The notes beneath the pieces were generated by a model. That model ran no database searches. It saw only the letters and a list, made by a program, of their open reading frames with translations, and was not told where the DNA came from. Shown in pieces: positions 25,787 through 34,793 of a DNA stretch of 64,000 nucleotides; within the stretch, counting starts at the first letter, position 1, and each line of letters starts with the position of its first letter. The position numbers were made by a program, and so were the translations under genes. Source of the stretch: Acidobacteriota bacterium (GTDB lineage Bacteria; Acidobacteriota; Terriglobia; Acidiferrales; UBA7541); the NCBI GenBank assembly GCA_013286165.1, contig JABDGF010000002.1, positions 30,501 through 94,500 on the forward strand, given 5' to 3'.

Positions 25787-28700
25787 ACGGCGCGACTCGC
25801 GCCTGTTCACACAGATCGCCGGAGAGCTTCTCCGCGATGGTGTGCCGGTGCGTTTCCGCGCCGAGGGGCAAAGCATGACGCCCACGCTTGACGGCGGCGA
25901 ACTGCTCACCGTGGAACCGGTGCGCGCCGGGGAAGTGCAGGCGGGAAACATCGTGCTGACGAACGAAGCGAATTGTTTGCAAGCGCATCGCGTGGTTTCA
26001 ACGTGCAACGGCAGCAATGGCGGGAGCGACGTGCTGGCAATCCAGGGCGACGCCGGCTGGCACTCCGAAAACGTGTCGCGCGAAAGCGTGCTGGGCAGAA
26101 TTACTCAATCCGAGAAAGACGGGCACATTATGAAACTCGACAGCCGCGCCGCCTACTGGCGCGCCGCCGTACACACGTTCACACGCCGCGCAGCCGTTGC
26201 CGTGGCGCTCAGGCTCCGTCGCGCCGCTCCGCTCACAGCGATTGCGCTCACCGCGTGCGCGATCTTTGCTGCATCCGCGCCGGCCGTGCGGGCGCAGACG
26301 GATCTGGCACTCACGTCTTCGGCATTGCCCTCGACGGCCACTCCTTCGGGAACGATCACCTACACGCAAGTGGTGACGAACAACGGACCGAATGCGGCGA
26401 CCACCGCCGTCCTGTATCAGCAGACGCCGCCGGGCACGACCTTCACATCGATTTCCACGCCCGCCAACTGGAGCTGCGCAACTCCGGGAGCGGGCAACAC
26501 CGGCGCCGTCACGTGCACAGACGGTGCGAACATGAACGCGAACACGTCGGTGACGTTCACCTACGTCGTCACGGTAAATTCCTCCGCGACCGCCGGTTCG
26601 ACGATATACAACTGGACGAACATTACATCGCAGACCACCGACACCGTTCCGGCCAACAACAGCGCCACGGTCGGCACGCTGGTGGAAACTGCGGGAGACG
26701 CGGATTTGGGCGTTACGGTATCGGCGTCGCCGACGCCGGTCTTCGTCACTTCGCCGCTCACGTACAAAATCGTCGTCACGAATTACGGCCCATCCGCGAC
26801 CACAGCTTCGACTCTGACCGACGCGCTGCCAACTGGTTTCACGGAATCTTCCGTCGTGGCGACGCCATCGACTGTCTCTTGCTCCGGCACCACCACAGTC
26901 ACGTGCTCGCTCGGCGCGATCGCCAACGGCGGCACCGCGACGATCACCATTTCCGGAACAAGCTCGGGCACGGCGTCCACGCTCACAAATACGCCCAAGC
27001 TTACCGGCACCACTCCAACCGATCCGTACTCGGGGAACGACGCCGCCACCGTGATCACCGTCGTGCAGCCGCTGGTTTGCGCGAATCCCGGCAACGACGG
27101 CGCTGCCCCGACATTTACCGGCATCGTGAACTCTTACTATCCACCGGGCGCAACGGGCACGCTCGCATCCGGCGCTACTGCGATCAAAGTGGGCACCGTA
27201 GCGGCAGGTGGCGCGACGAAAGCCATCGCCAACGGCGACTTGGTCCTCATCATTCAAATGCAGGCCGCTACGATCAACCCTGACAATGGCAGCGACTACG
27301 GCGATGGAGTCTCCGGAGATCCCGGATACGGATCGACGGCGCTGAACGGCGTCGGCAATTACGAATTTGTGACGGCGACCTCCAACATCAAAAATGGTTC
27401 GTTCAACATTTCCGGCGCAGGCGTAGGTGGCGGGCTGCTCTATTCGTATCTCGACAACGTCGCCACATCGACGCAAGGCGCACAGACGTATCAGATCGTT
27501 CGCGTGCCGCAATACACGTCCGCGACTCTGAACTCCGCATTGGCTGCTCTTCCGTGGAATGGAACAGTCGGTGGCATTCTCGCAATCGACGTGCAGAATC
27601 AGCTCACGCTCGGCGGTACCGTCGTGCTCGATGGCGACGGTTTCCGTGGAGGCGGCGGCCGCGAACTGGGCGGCGCGACCGGACTGCTGGCCACCGACTA
27701 CGTTTCCGTCTCGACAAAAAATGCGAACGGTTCAAAGGGCGAAGGCATCGCGGGAACTCCCGCTTACGTAACGCCGGTTCCATTCTCAGGAATCACCAAC
27801 ACCAGCACGCCGACGGCGACGGCGCAAACTTACGCGGAAGGAATTCCGTCGGGCAGTTACGCGCGAGGCGCTCCGGGTAACGCGGCGGGCGGCGGCACGG
27901 ACGGAAATCCAGGATCGAACAACGAAAATAGCGGCGGTGGCGCGGGGGGCAACGGCGGCATCGGCGGCAACGGCGGATTCGCGTGGCAGTCTGCCGGCAT
28001 CGGCGGCGGGTTCGGCGGCTACCTATTTCCTGCGACGACCAGCTCGCTGGTGATGGGCGGGGGCGGCGGCGCAGGCACTACGAACGACGGCTCCTACTAC
28101 ACCAGCAGCGGCGGCAACGCGGACTGCACCGGTTGCAATGGCATTTACAGTAGCGGCGCGCCCGGCGGCGGTATCGCGATCATTCGCGCCGGGTCCGTGA
28201 CCGGCACGGGAACAATTACTTCGAACGGCGCGACCGCTCTCAGCGTGGAAAATGATGGCGGCGGTGGCGGCGGCGCGGGCGGATCGATTTTGATTTATTC
28301 GAATTCCGGCACGCTCGCGGGCCTCACAGTCGCTGCGAACGGCGGCCTCGGCGGCCACACTTGGGAAACGTCGGCTCCTGGCGCATTTCCTGGCAACCGG
28401 CATGGTCCGGGTGGCGGCGGCGCGGGCGGCGTGATTTTCCTCTCGTCGGCTCCAGCGAGCGCATCGGTTGCCGGCGGCGCGAACGGATATTCGACCACCG
28501 CGAACGATTCCTATGGTGCTACGCCTGGCGCGGCCGGGTTCGTTTCGCAAAATTATTCCATCACGCAGGCTCCGGGCGTCCAGTCTGGCGCATATTGCAC
28601 AAGCGCGGACCTCAGCGTCACGAACGTCGGGACGCCGAATCCGGTTCAGCCCGGCGGCACGATCACGTACACGCAGGTGGTGACGAACAACAGCACCACC

Positions 28701-31700
28701 AACGACGCGATCAACGCCGTCTTATCTGAAAATATTTCGCAGAACACTACGTTTACGTCGATCACCGCGCCTACGGGCTGGTCGTGCGTCACCCCGGCAG
28801 TCGGCGCCACCGGTTTGATCACCTGCACCAACCCGGATTTTACAGAGGGAACGAACGCGACTTTCAAAGTCGTCACCGGCGTACCGGCAGCAACCGCGAG
28901 CGGTACGCAGATTCTTAACACGGCGTCGATAGGCTCCGGCACCAACGATCCGAATCTCGCGAACAACACTGCGAGCGTGCTCACTCTTGTCGCGGCATCG
29001 ACCTCCGCCGACATTCAGGTGACCAAGACCGCGAGCGTCACTCAAGTCGCGCCAGGCAACACGATCACCTACACCATCGTCGTGAAAAACAACGGCCCGG
29101 CCGCTGCGCTCAACGTTACGTTCACTGACGCGACTCCGGGCACCACGACTTTTGTGTCAGGCGCGCAAATCGGAACGGTTTGGCCGACCTGCTCGACACC
29201 GACCGTGGGCAGCGCGGGCACGAGCACGTGCTCGATCGCGTCTTTCGCTTCCGGTGCGTCCACCACTTTCACTTTGATTGTCACTGTACCAACGGGCACT
29301 ACGTCAGGAACGGTGATCACGAACTCGGCGAATGCTGCGTCGGCCTCGACTCCCGACCCGAACCCGAACAACAACACCGGCACGGCCAGCACGACGGTGA
29401 TTTCTTCCACGCAAAATAATCTGAGCATCACGAACACCGTGACGCCCAATCCGATCTACGCGGGCCAGAATGCCGTTTTCACGCAGGTGGTGACGAACTC
29501 CGGTCCTGCGGCCGCGACGACTCTCACGGTGACCGGCAACGTTCCCACAGGCTCGACTTTCGTTTCACTCACAGCTCCGACCGGATGGACGTGCACTAAA
29601 CCTGCGGTCGGCGCCACCGGCACCTACACTTGCAAATACACCGGCAATGGCGGCAGTTTCGCTTCCGGCTCGACCGGCACATTCACGCTCAACGTTCTTG
29701 TTCCCACGGGCACCGCCGGCGGCACTTCGATTACGAACACCGTCACTGCCACGGAAGCTTCGGGCGTGGACGTTTCCACCGCGAACAACAGCGCCACCGC
29801 GACCACTGTCGTTTACGGTTTGACGCAAGCGGACGTTGCCATCGTGAAAACGGCGGCGCCGAATCCGGTCGATCAGGGCACCAACCTTACTTACACGCTG
29901 CAAGTGACGAACAACGGTCCCGCGTCTGCGCAGAACGTGGTCGTGTCCGATCCGCTGCCGACGCAAGTCACTTACGTTTCGGCCAGCACGTCGCAGGGAA
30001 CTTGCGTGCAAGCGAGCGGGACAGTCACTTGCAATCTCGGCACGCTCACCAACGGCGCTTCCGTGACGGTGACGATCAATACGACCGCCACGACGTTCAG
30101 CTCCAGCAGCTTCGCTGCGAACACGGCGAGCGTTACTTCATCGACGTCCGACCCGAACCTCTTGAACAACTTTTCATCGACCATCACCACGATCGTCTCG
30201 CCCACGGCTGTGACCGTGACCGGTTTCCACGCCACGGCTCAATCCGGCGGAGTGGTGCTGGAATGGAAGACCAGCTCCGAGCTGCGCAACCTCGGCTTCC
30301 ACATTTATCGTGAAGATGCGGCGGGCCGCCACCAAGTGGATCCGTCTCTCATCGCCGGAGCGGCACTGTTTGCGCGCGGCGCACAGCCGCAGCACGCAGC
30401 GAAAACGTACCGGTGGGTCGATCCCCAGGGAACCACGCAATCGACGTACACACTCGAAGACGTGGATCTCTCCGGAACGCGCACGACGCACGGGCCTGCT
30501 GTCGCCGAGTCTTCGAATGAAACCTCGACGGCTGCATCGATAGCGCAGCCGCAAGCCGCGCTGCTCACGCAATTCAATCAGCTGTATCACTCGACATTGA
30601 CGGTTCGCACCACGCCGCGCGTTGTGAACGTCACTTCGCCCGCGCCCGTCGCGGAAGTCACTTCCGGCTCATTGAACGAAATGCCCGCCGTGAAAATTTC
30701 GGTGCAGTCGGAAGGCTGGTACACGGTCTCCGCGAGCCAACTCGCGGCTGCGGGATTCAACGCTTCCGGAAATGCCGCCACGCTCAAGCTCTATGCGGAA
30801 GGCGTCGAGCAGCCGTTCCTAATTGTTGGTGGTCAGTCCGGCGCGCTGGGTTCCAACGGTTCGATCCAGTTCTACGGAACGCCGATCGATACTCCATTCA
30901 GCGGCACGCGCGTGTACTGGCTCGTAAACGCCACGTCGGCGGGAAAGCGCATCGTCACCGCCGTCGCGCCTAATTCTGCGCCGGCGGCGCCCGCGGATTT
31001 CCTTTCGACCGTGGTGCTCGAGCAGCGCACGACATACTTCGCCGCGCTTCTCAACGGCCAGAACAACGACAATTTCTTCGGTGCTTCGGTGACCACCGAA
31101 CCGGTGGATCAGGTTCTCACCGCGACGCATACCAATCCTTCGTCGAGTTTGCAATCGTCGATCGACGTCACACTCCAGGGTGTCACCGCCGGTGCTCCGC
31201 ATTCGGTGAGCGTACAGCTCAACGGTTCCACGCTCGGCTCGATGGAGTACACGGGCCAGTCGAATGTGACGAACACATTCCCGGTGCAGAATTCGCTGCT
31301 TCAGGAAGGGAACAACACCGTCACCTTGACCGCGAACGACGGCGAGAACGACGTCAGCCTCGTCCAATCGATCGCGCTGCACTATCCGCACACCTACAAC
31401 GCAGACTCGGATTGGCTGGAAGCCACCGCGCCTGCCAATACGAAAGTCGCGATTGGTGGATTCGCAAACGCCGGCGTCCAGGTGTTCGACATCACCGACC
31501 CGCTGAACATCGTGGCGTTGCAGGCGACGGTGGCGCAATCGAACTCGGCCTACACCGCGACCGTGATCGCACCTGCCGGAAGCGGCGGCGCGTCGCGCAC
31601 GTTGCTTGCGGTGGCGAACGACCAGCTGTCGCAGCCTTCGGGGTTGACCTATCACGCACCGAACCCGCTGATCTCCTCGCGCGCGGGAGCGGACGAAATT

Positions 31701-32735
31701 ATCGTCACCACCGAAGATTTCCAGCAGACGCTTCAGCCGCTGCTCAGCCTGCGCCAGTCGCAGTCGCGCACGGCCACAGTCGTCTTGATGGATCAAATTT
31801 ACGACCAGTACAACTATGGCGAACGTTCGCCATTCGCTTTGCAGACGTACCTGCACCTCGCCTCCACTGAGTGGCGCACTCATCCGCAGGATGTGCTGCT
31901 GGTGGGCACGGCGTCGGTGGATCCGCGGAACTACCTCGGCTTCGGCTACTTCGATTTCGTGCCGACGCGCTTGATCGAAACGCAGGCATTCAAAACGGCT
32001 TCCGACGACTGGCTGACCGACTTCGATTCATCGGGCTTTGCGACGATGGTGATGGGACGTTTGCCGGTGCGCACCGCAGCCGATGCGTCACTGGTGATTT
32101 CGAAGATCGTCAACTACGAGCAGGGAAATTCAAATGGCTCGTGGAATGCACAGGCACTGTTCGTCGCGGACCAGAATGTCGGCGCGAACTTCTCGCAGGC
32201 CACTACGACGCTTGTGCCGCTGTTGCCGGCGTCCGTATCGAAGACGACGATTCTAGCGGACACGCTCGACCCAACCACCGCGGAGCAGCAGATTCTCGCG
32301 GGTCTGAACGCAGGTGCGGTGCTGGTGAATTATTCGGGCCACGGCGCGGAGCAGCAGTGGTCGTTCGAGGACCTTTTCGACGACACTACCGCCGCGGGAC
32401 TGACCAACGGCAACAAGCTGCCTGTGTACGTGCTGATGGATTGCTTGAACGGATTCTTCCACGACGTTTACGCGGAAAGCCTTTCCACTTCGTTGATGCT
32501 CGCGCCGAAAGGAGGAGCGGTCGCGGTGTGGGCGTCTTCCGGATTCACCACGCAGCCGCCGCAGGCCGCCATGAACCAGGCGTTCCTCGTGCAGCTCGCG
32601 GCGAACCCGAAGACTCCGCTCGGACTCGCCACGCTGCTCGCAAAACGGGGAGTGGGGGACGCGGACGTTCGGCGTACGTGGATTCTGTTTGGCGACCCGT
32701 GGATGATCGTCGCGTTTCCGGGCGCGACGAAGTAG
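25752..32735 (+). CDS. Giant multidomain protein: N-terminal S26B/SipW-like peptidase domain, TM/signal segment, DUF11 repeat arrays, Gly-rich block, C-terminal peptidase C25-like domain
   Basis: 2327 aa from TTG 25752 (GGAGG 25741-25745). Peptidase boxes GQSMTPTL (Ser codon 25872), AHRVV (His codon 25986) and IQGDAG. Internal ATG 26130 plus a signal-like segment ending AVRA-Q (26297). DUF11-type repeats (TYTQVVTNNGP.., TYTIVVKNNGP..) at ~26.3-27.0 and ~28.6-30.2 kb. Gly-rich block at ~27.9-28.5 kb. C25-like YSGHG (His codon 32340) and MDCLNG (Cys codon 32442). Confidence 0.75.
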   Translation: MDQAPEKSQRRERRDSRLFTQIAGELLRDGVPVRFRAEGQSMTPTLDGGELLTVEPVRAGEVQAGNIVLTNEANCLQAHRVVSTCNGSNGGSDVLAIQGDAGWHSENVSRESVLGRITQSEKDGHIMKLDSRAAYWRAAVHTFTRRAAVAVALRLRRAAPLTAIALTACAIFAASAPAVRAQTDLALTSSALPSTATPSGTITYTQVVTNNGPNAATTAVLYQQTPPGTTFTSISTPANWSCATPGAGNTGAVTCTDGANMNANTSVTFTYVVTVNSSATAGSTIYNWTNITSQTTDTVPANNSATVGTLVETAGDADLGVTVSASPTPVFVTSPLTYKIVVTNYGPSATTASTLTDALPTGFTESSVVATPSTVSCSGTTTVTCSLGAIANGGTATITISGTSSGTASTLTNTPKLTGTTPTDPYSGNDAATVITVVQPLVCANPGNDGAAPTFTGIVNSYYPPGATGTLASGATAIKVGTVAAGGATKAIANGDLVLIIQMQAATINPDNGSDYGDGVSGDPGYGSTALNGVGNYEFVTATSNIKNGSFNISGAGVGGGLLYSYLDNVATSTQGAQTYQIVRVPQYTSATLNSALAALPWNGTVGGILAIDVQNQLTLGGTVVLDGDGFRGGGGRELGGATGLLATDYVSVSTKNANGSKGEGIAGTPAYVTPVPFSGITNTSTPTATAQTYAEGIPSGSYARGAPGNAAGGGTDGNPGSNNENSGGGAGGNGGIGGNGGFAWQSAGIGGGFGGYLFPATTSSLVMGGGGGAGTTNDGSYYTSSGGNADCTGCNGIYSSGAPGGGIAIIRAGSVTGTGTITSNGATALSVENDGGGGGGAGGSILIYSNSGTLAGLTVAANGGLGGHTWETSAPGAFPGNRHGPGGGGAGGVIFLSSAPASASVAGGANGYSTTANDSYGATPGAAGFVSQNYSITQAPGVQSGAYCTSADLSVTNVGTPNPVQPGGTITYTQVVTNNSTTNDAINAVLSENISQNTTFTSITAPTGWSCVTPAVGATGLITCTNPDFTEGTNATFKVVTGVPAATASGTQILNTASIGSGTNDPNLANNTASVLTLVAASTSADIQVTKTASVTQVAPGNTITYTIVVKNNGPAAALNVTFTDATPGTTTFVSGAQIGTVWPTCSTPTVGSAGTSTCSIASFASGASTTFTLIVTVPTGTTSGTVITNSANAASASTPDPNPNNNTGTASTTVISSTQNNLSITNTVTPNPIYAGQNAVFTQVVTNSGPAAATTLTVTGNVPTGSTFVSLTAPTGWTCTKPAVGATGTYTCKYTGNGGSFASGSTGTFTLNVLVPTGTAGGTSITNTVTATEASGVDVSTANNSATATTVVYGLTQADVAIVKTAAPNPVDQGTNLTYTLQVTNNGPASAQNVVVSDPLPTQVTYVSASTSQGTCVQASGTVTCNLGTLTNGASVTVTINTTATTFSSSSFAANTASVTSSTSDPNLLNNFSSTITTIVSPTAVTVTGFHATAQSGGVVLEWKTSSELRNLGFHIYREDAAGRHQVDPSLIAGAALFARGAQPQHAAKTYRWVDPQGTTQSTYTLEDVDLSGTRTTHGPAVAESSNETSTAASIAQPQAALLTQFNQLYHSTLTVRTTPRVVNVTSPAPVAEVTSGSLNEMPAVKISVQSEGWYTVSASQLAAAGFNASGNAATLKLYAEGVEQPFLIVGGQSGALGSNGSIQFYGTPIDTPFSGTRVYWLVNATSAGKRIVTAVAPNSAPAAPADFLSTVVLEQRTTYFAALLNGQNNDNFFGASVTTEPVDQVLTATHTNPSSSLQSSIDVTLQGVTAGAPHSVSVQLNGSTLGSMEYTGQSNVTNTFPVQNSLLQEGNNTVTLTANDGENDVSLVQSIALHYPHTYNADSDWLEATAPANTKVAIGGFANAGVQVFDITDPLNIVALQATVAQSNSAYTATVIAPAGSGGASRTLLAVANDQLSQPSGLTYHAPNPLISSRAGADEIIVTTEDFQQTLQPLLSLRQSQSRTATVVLMDQIYDQYNYGERSPFALQTYLHLASTEWRTHPQDVLLVGTASVDPRNYLGFGYFDFVPTRLIETQAFKTASDDWLTDFDSSGFATMVMGRLPVRTAADASLVISKIVNYEQGNSNGSWNAQALFVADQNVGANFSQATTTLVPLLPASVSKTTILADTLDPTTAEQQILAGLNAGAVLVNYSGHGAEQQWSFEDLFDDTTAAGLTNGNKLPVYVLMDCLNGFFHDVYAESLSTSLMLAPKGGAVAVWASSGFTTQPPQAAMNQAFLVQLAANPKTPLGLATLLAKRGVGDADVRRTWILFGDPWMIVAFPGATK

Positions 32736-32820
32736 CGGCTTGTTCGCTGGTGGCCAGCCGTAGGGCTACGCCAGCGCGCCTGAATCCATTACAATCGCGG
32801 GATATGGTCTTCGCGCGCGA

Positions 32821-33216
32821 ATGATCTCCGGCTCAAAACTTCAACGCATCATTCTCGGCGCGCTCGTAGCCGCGTTTGTGCTGTACGGCGGCGACTGGGC
32901 CATCCTGAAAGCCCGCGGCGCGGCCGGATTCGACACCGTCAACATCACTCTGGGCACGCCGATGAAAGACGGCCGCGTGCAGATTTTCACCGGGGCCAAT
33001 CAGACGCAGATCTGCGTGAAGTCGCTGTTCCCGCACTTCGGATATAACCCGTGCTGGTATGTGCGGCAGAATTCGACGCAGCTGGTGGACCGGCGTGATT
33101 CGAAACCGGCTAGCGCGAGGCTAGCATTTGTGCGAGCGCGCGATTTTTGCGGTGGTGATCGCCTGGCCCACATGTCGCTGCGTGTGATCGGCGATGTGAA
33201 CGAGCAGCCCGCCTAG
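32821..33216 (+). CDS. Hypothetical membrane-anchored protein
   Basis: 131 aa with N-terminal TM IILGALVAAFVLYGG. The 3' 96 nt overlap the convergent DinB gene, so the C-terminus is doubtful. No family recognised. Confidence 0.4.
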   Translation: MISGSKLQRIILGALVAAFVLYGGDWAILKARGAAGFDTVNITLGTPMKDGRVQIFTGANQTQICVKSLFPHFGYNPCWYVRQNSTQLVDRRDSKPASARLAFVRARDFCGGDRLAHMSLRVIGDVNEQPA

Positions 33217-33642
33217 GGTCGTTGGGATTTTCTTTGCGCCGACCAGCCGCGGCTTTTCGAACTCCGATGGCGCGAACGCCCGCACCCGCCGCGACGCTTT
33301 CTGCAGCGCTTCGTGCAACTCCCCGAAAAGCTCCGAGTGTTTTCCGCCTTCGTCCATCTCCGCCGAGAGCGCCCACGTCTGCGTGGAGTTCAATTCGTTT
33401 CCTTCCGCGTAAGTGAGCAGCCTGTCAAGGCTGCGCGCGATGTGGCGCAGGTGAAATGCCACGGGCGCAACGCCGCCGGGCCGCGCGTTTAATTCGGCGT
33501 CGGTGAGCGGAGCGCACCAGCGATCGAGATCCTCGCACGCGAGTTCCAGCGCGTGGACGACGGCGCGTTGCACGGCCGGAACATCGGACCACATGCCTCG
33601 GAGCCAAGGCTCAGGTAGGTTTGCGACAGACATAAAACACAC
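33121..33642 (-). CDS. DinB-family (DinB/YfiT-like) protein
   Basis: 173 aa. AVVHALELACEDLDRWCAPLTDAELNARPGGVAPVAFHLRHIARSLDRLLTY..HIADHTQRHVGQ, with the His triad pattern of the DinB fold. Confidence 0.85.
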   Translation of the reverse strand: MCFMSVANLPEPWLRGMWSDVPAVQRAVVHALELACEDLDRWCAPLTDAELNARPGGVAPVAFHLRHIARSLDRLLTYAEGNELNSTQTWALSAEMDEGGKHSELFGELHEALQKASRRVRAFAPSEFEKPRLVGAKKIPTTLGGLLVHIADHTQRHVGQAITTAKIARSHKC

Positions 33643-33693
33643 CTCTTACTCACACTTTATCGCATTCGCAGCGCCAGAGGTGCGTTTCCAGCG

Positions 33694-34749
33694 CTAATTT
33701 TGTGGTTTGTCTATTGGTTTGTCGGTGGGTTTGCCGGGCGCTGGGGATGGCGGTGCTGACGCAGGCGGCTGCGTTTTCTCGTTCATCTTTTCCACCGCGC
33801 GCCGCACTTCCTCCATCGACATCGTTGCCGGCGCAGTTTGTTTCGCGGGCGATTTCTTCGCGTCAGACGCGGTGCTCGTGGGCGGGATGGGATTCGTCAC
33901 GCTCGGTGCCAGCGGCTTCACGGACGATTCCGGCGCAGTCGCGTCGGTGTGCGGCGCGTTCGAATCTTCCGTGGCGGCAGGCGGCGCAGCCGCATCCGAG
34001 GTAGCCGCTCCGCCCGTCGTTCCGGTGTCGTCCTGATACAAAACGATCAGCGAGATTCGCCGGTTCGCAGGATCAAGCGGCGCGTCCGGCTTCAGCAGCC
34101 TCTGGTCGGCGAATCCGCGCACTTGTGTAATCTGATCGGCGCCGATGCCGTTCTGCTGCATCAGGCGCCGCGTGGAATTCGCGCGATCTGCGGAGAGTTC
34201 CCAGTTACCGTAGTTGCGCCCTGCGGCATAAGCCTTCGAATCGGTGTGGCCTTCGAGCGCGAGTTTGTTGGGCAACTTGCCGAGTTCTCCGGCGAGGACG
34301 GTGATGATTTCCTGCCCGTCGCCATTGAGACTCGGGCTCCCGCTGTCGAAAAACGTGCCGCTTGCGGATTCGGTCAGTTCGATGCGCAGGCCCTCGCTCG
34401 TGATCGTCATCACGATGTGCTTTTTTACTTTGTCGAAATTCGGCATCTGCTTCAGAGCCTTCTCGAGCTTTTGCTTGAGCTGGCTCATGTTGTCGCGCGA
34501 GAGCAGAATCTTTTCGCCGGTGCCGACGAGGCTGCCTCCGGCTTTGTCTTTCGTTCCGGCCGGATCGCGGAAATATCCGGCGATTGCTTGTTGCGTCGCT
34601 TTGCTCGCGGTGCTCAGCAGCCACAGCACGATGAAGAGCGCCATCATCGCGGTCACGAAGTCCGCGTAAGCGACTTTCCACGCGCCGCCGTGATGGCCGC
34701 CGTGTCCGCCCTTCTTCTTGATGATGTAAATCGTCGGTTTCGTGGTCAT
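33694..34749 (-). CDS. motB: Flagellar-type stator protein MotB (OmpA-like peptidoglycan-binding domain) with Pro/Ala-rich tail
   Basis: KKKGGHGGHHGGAWKVAYADFVTAMMALFIVLWLL N-terminus. OmpA-like LEGHTDSKAY..NWELSADRANSTRRLM. About 120-aa low-complexity C-terminus. Confidence 0.85.
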   Translation of the reverse strand: MTTKPTIYIIKKKGGHGGHHGGAWKVAYADFVTAMMALFIVLWLLSTASKATQQAIAGYFRDPAGTKDKAGGSLVGTGEKILLSRDNMSQLKQKLEKALKQMPNFDKVKKHIVMTITSEGLRIELTESASGTFFDSGSPSLNGDGQEIITVLAGELGKLPNKLALEGHTDSKAYAAGRNYGNWELSADRANSTRRLMQQNGIGADQITQVRGFADQRLLKPDAPLDPANRRISLIVLYQDDTGTTGGAATSDAAAPPAATEDSNAPHTDATAPESSVKPLAPSVTNPIPPTSTASDAKKSPAKQTAPATMSMEEVRRAVEKMNEKTQPPASAPPSPAPGKPTDKPIDKPQN

Positions 34750-34793
34750 CGGAGCGAATCAAAATGGAGCGCGCGCTACGGATGAAAGTTGGA

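Noticed and set aside
25998-27512. 504-aa minus-strand ORF (and similar ones at 28023-28550 and 30819-31883) inside the giant gene
   Set aside because: Arg/Gly-rich antisense shadow ORFs typical of GC-rich coding DNA. The plus strand carries clear DUF11 and C25 motifs.
27880-28500. GGC-rich stretch as a non-coding tandem repeat
   Set aside because: It lies in frame within the giant ORF and encodes an irregular Gly-rich protein block. No exact DNA period was seen.
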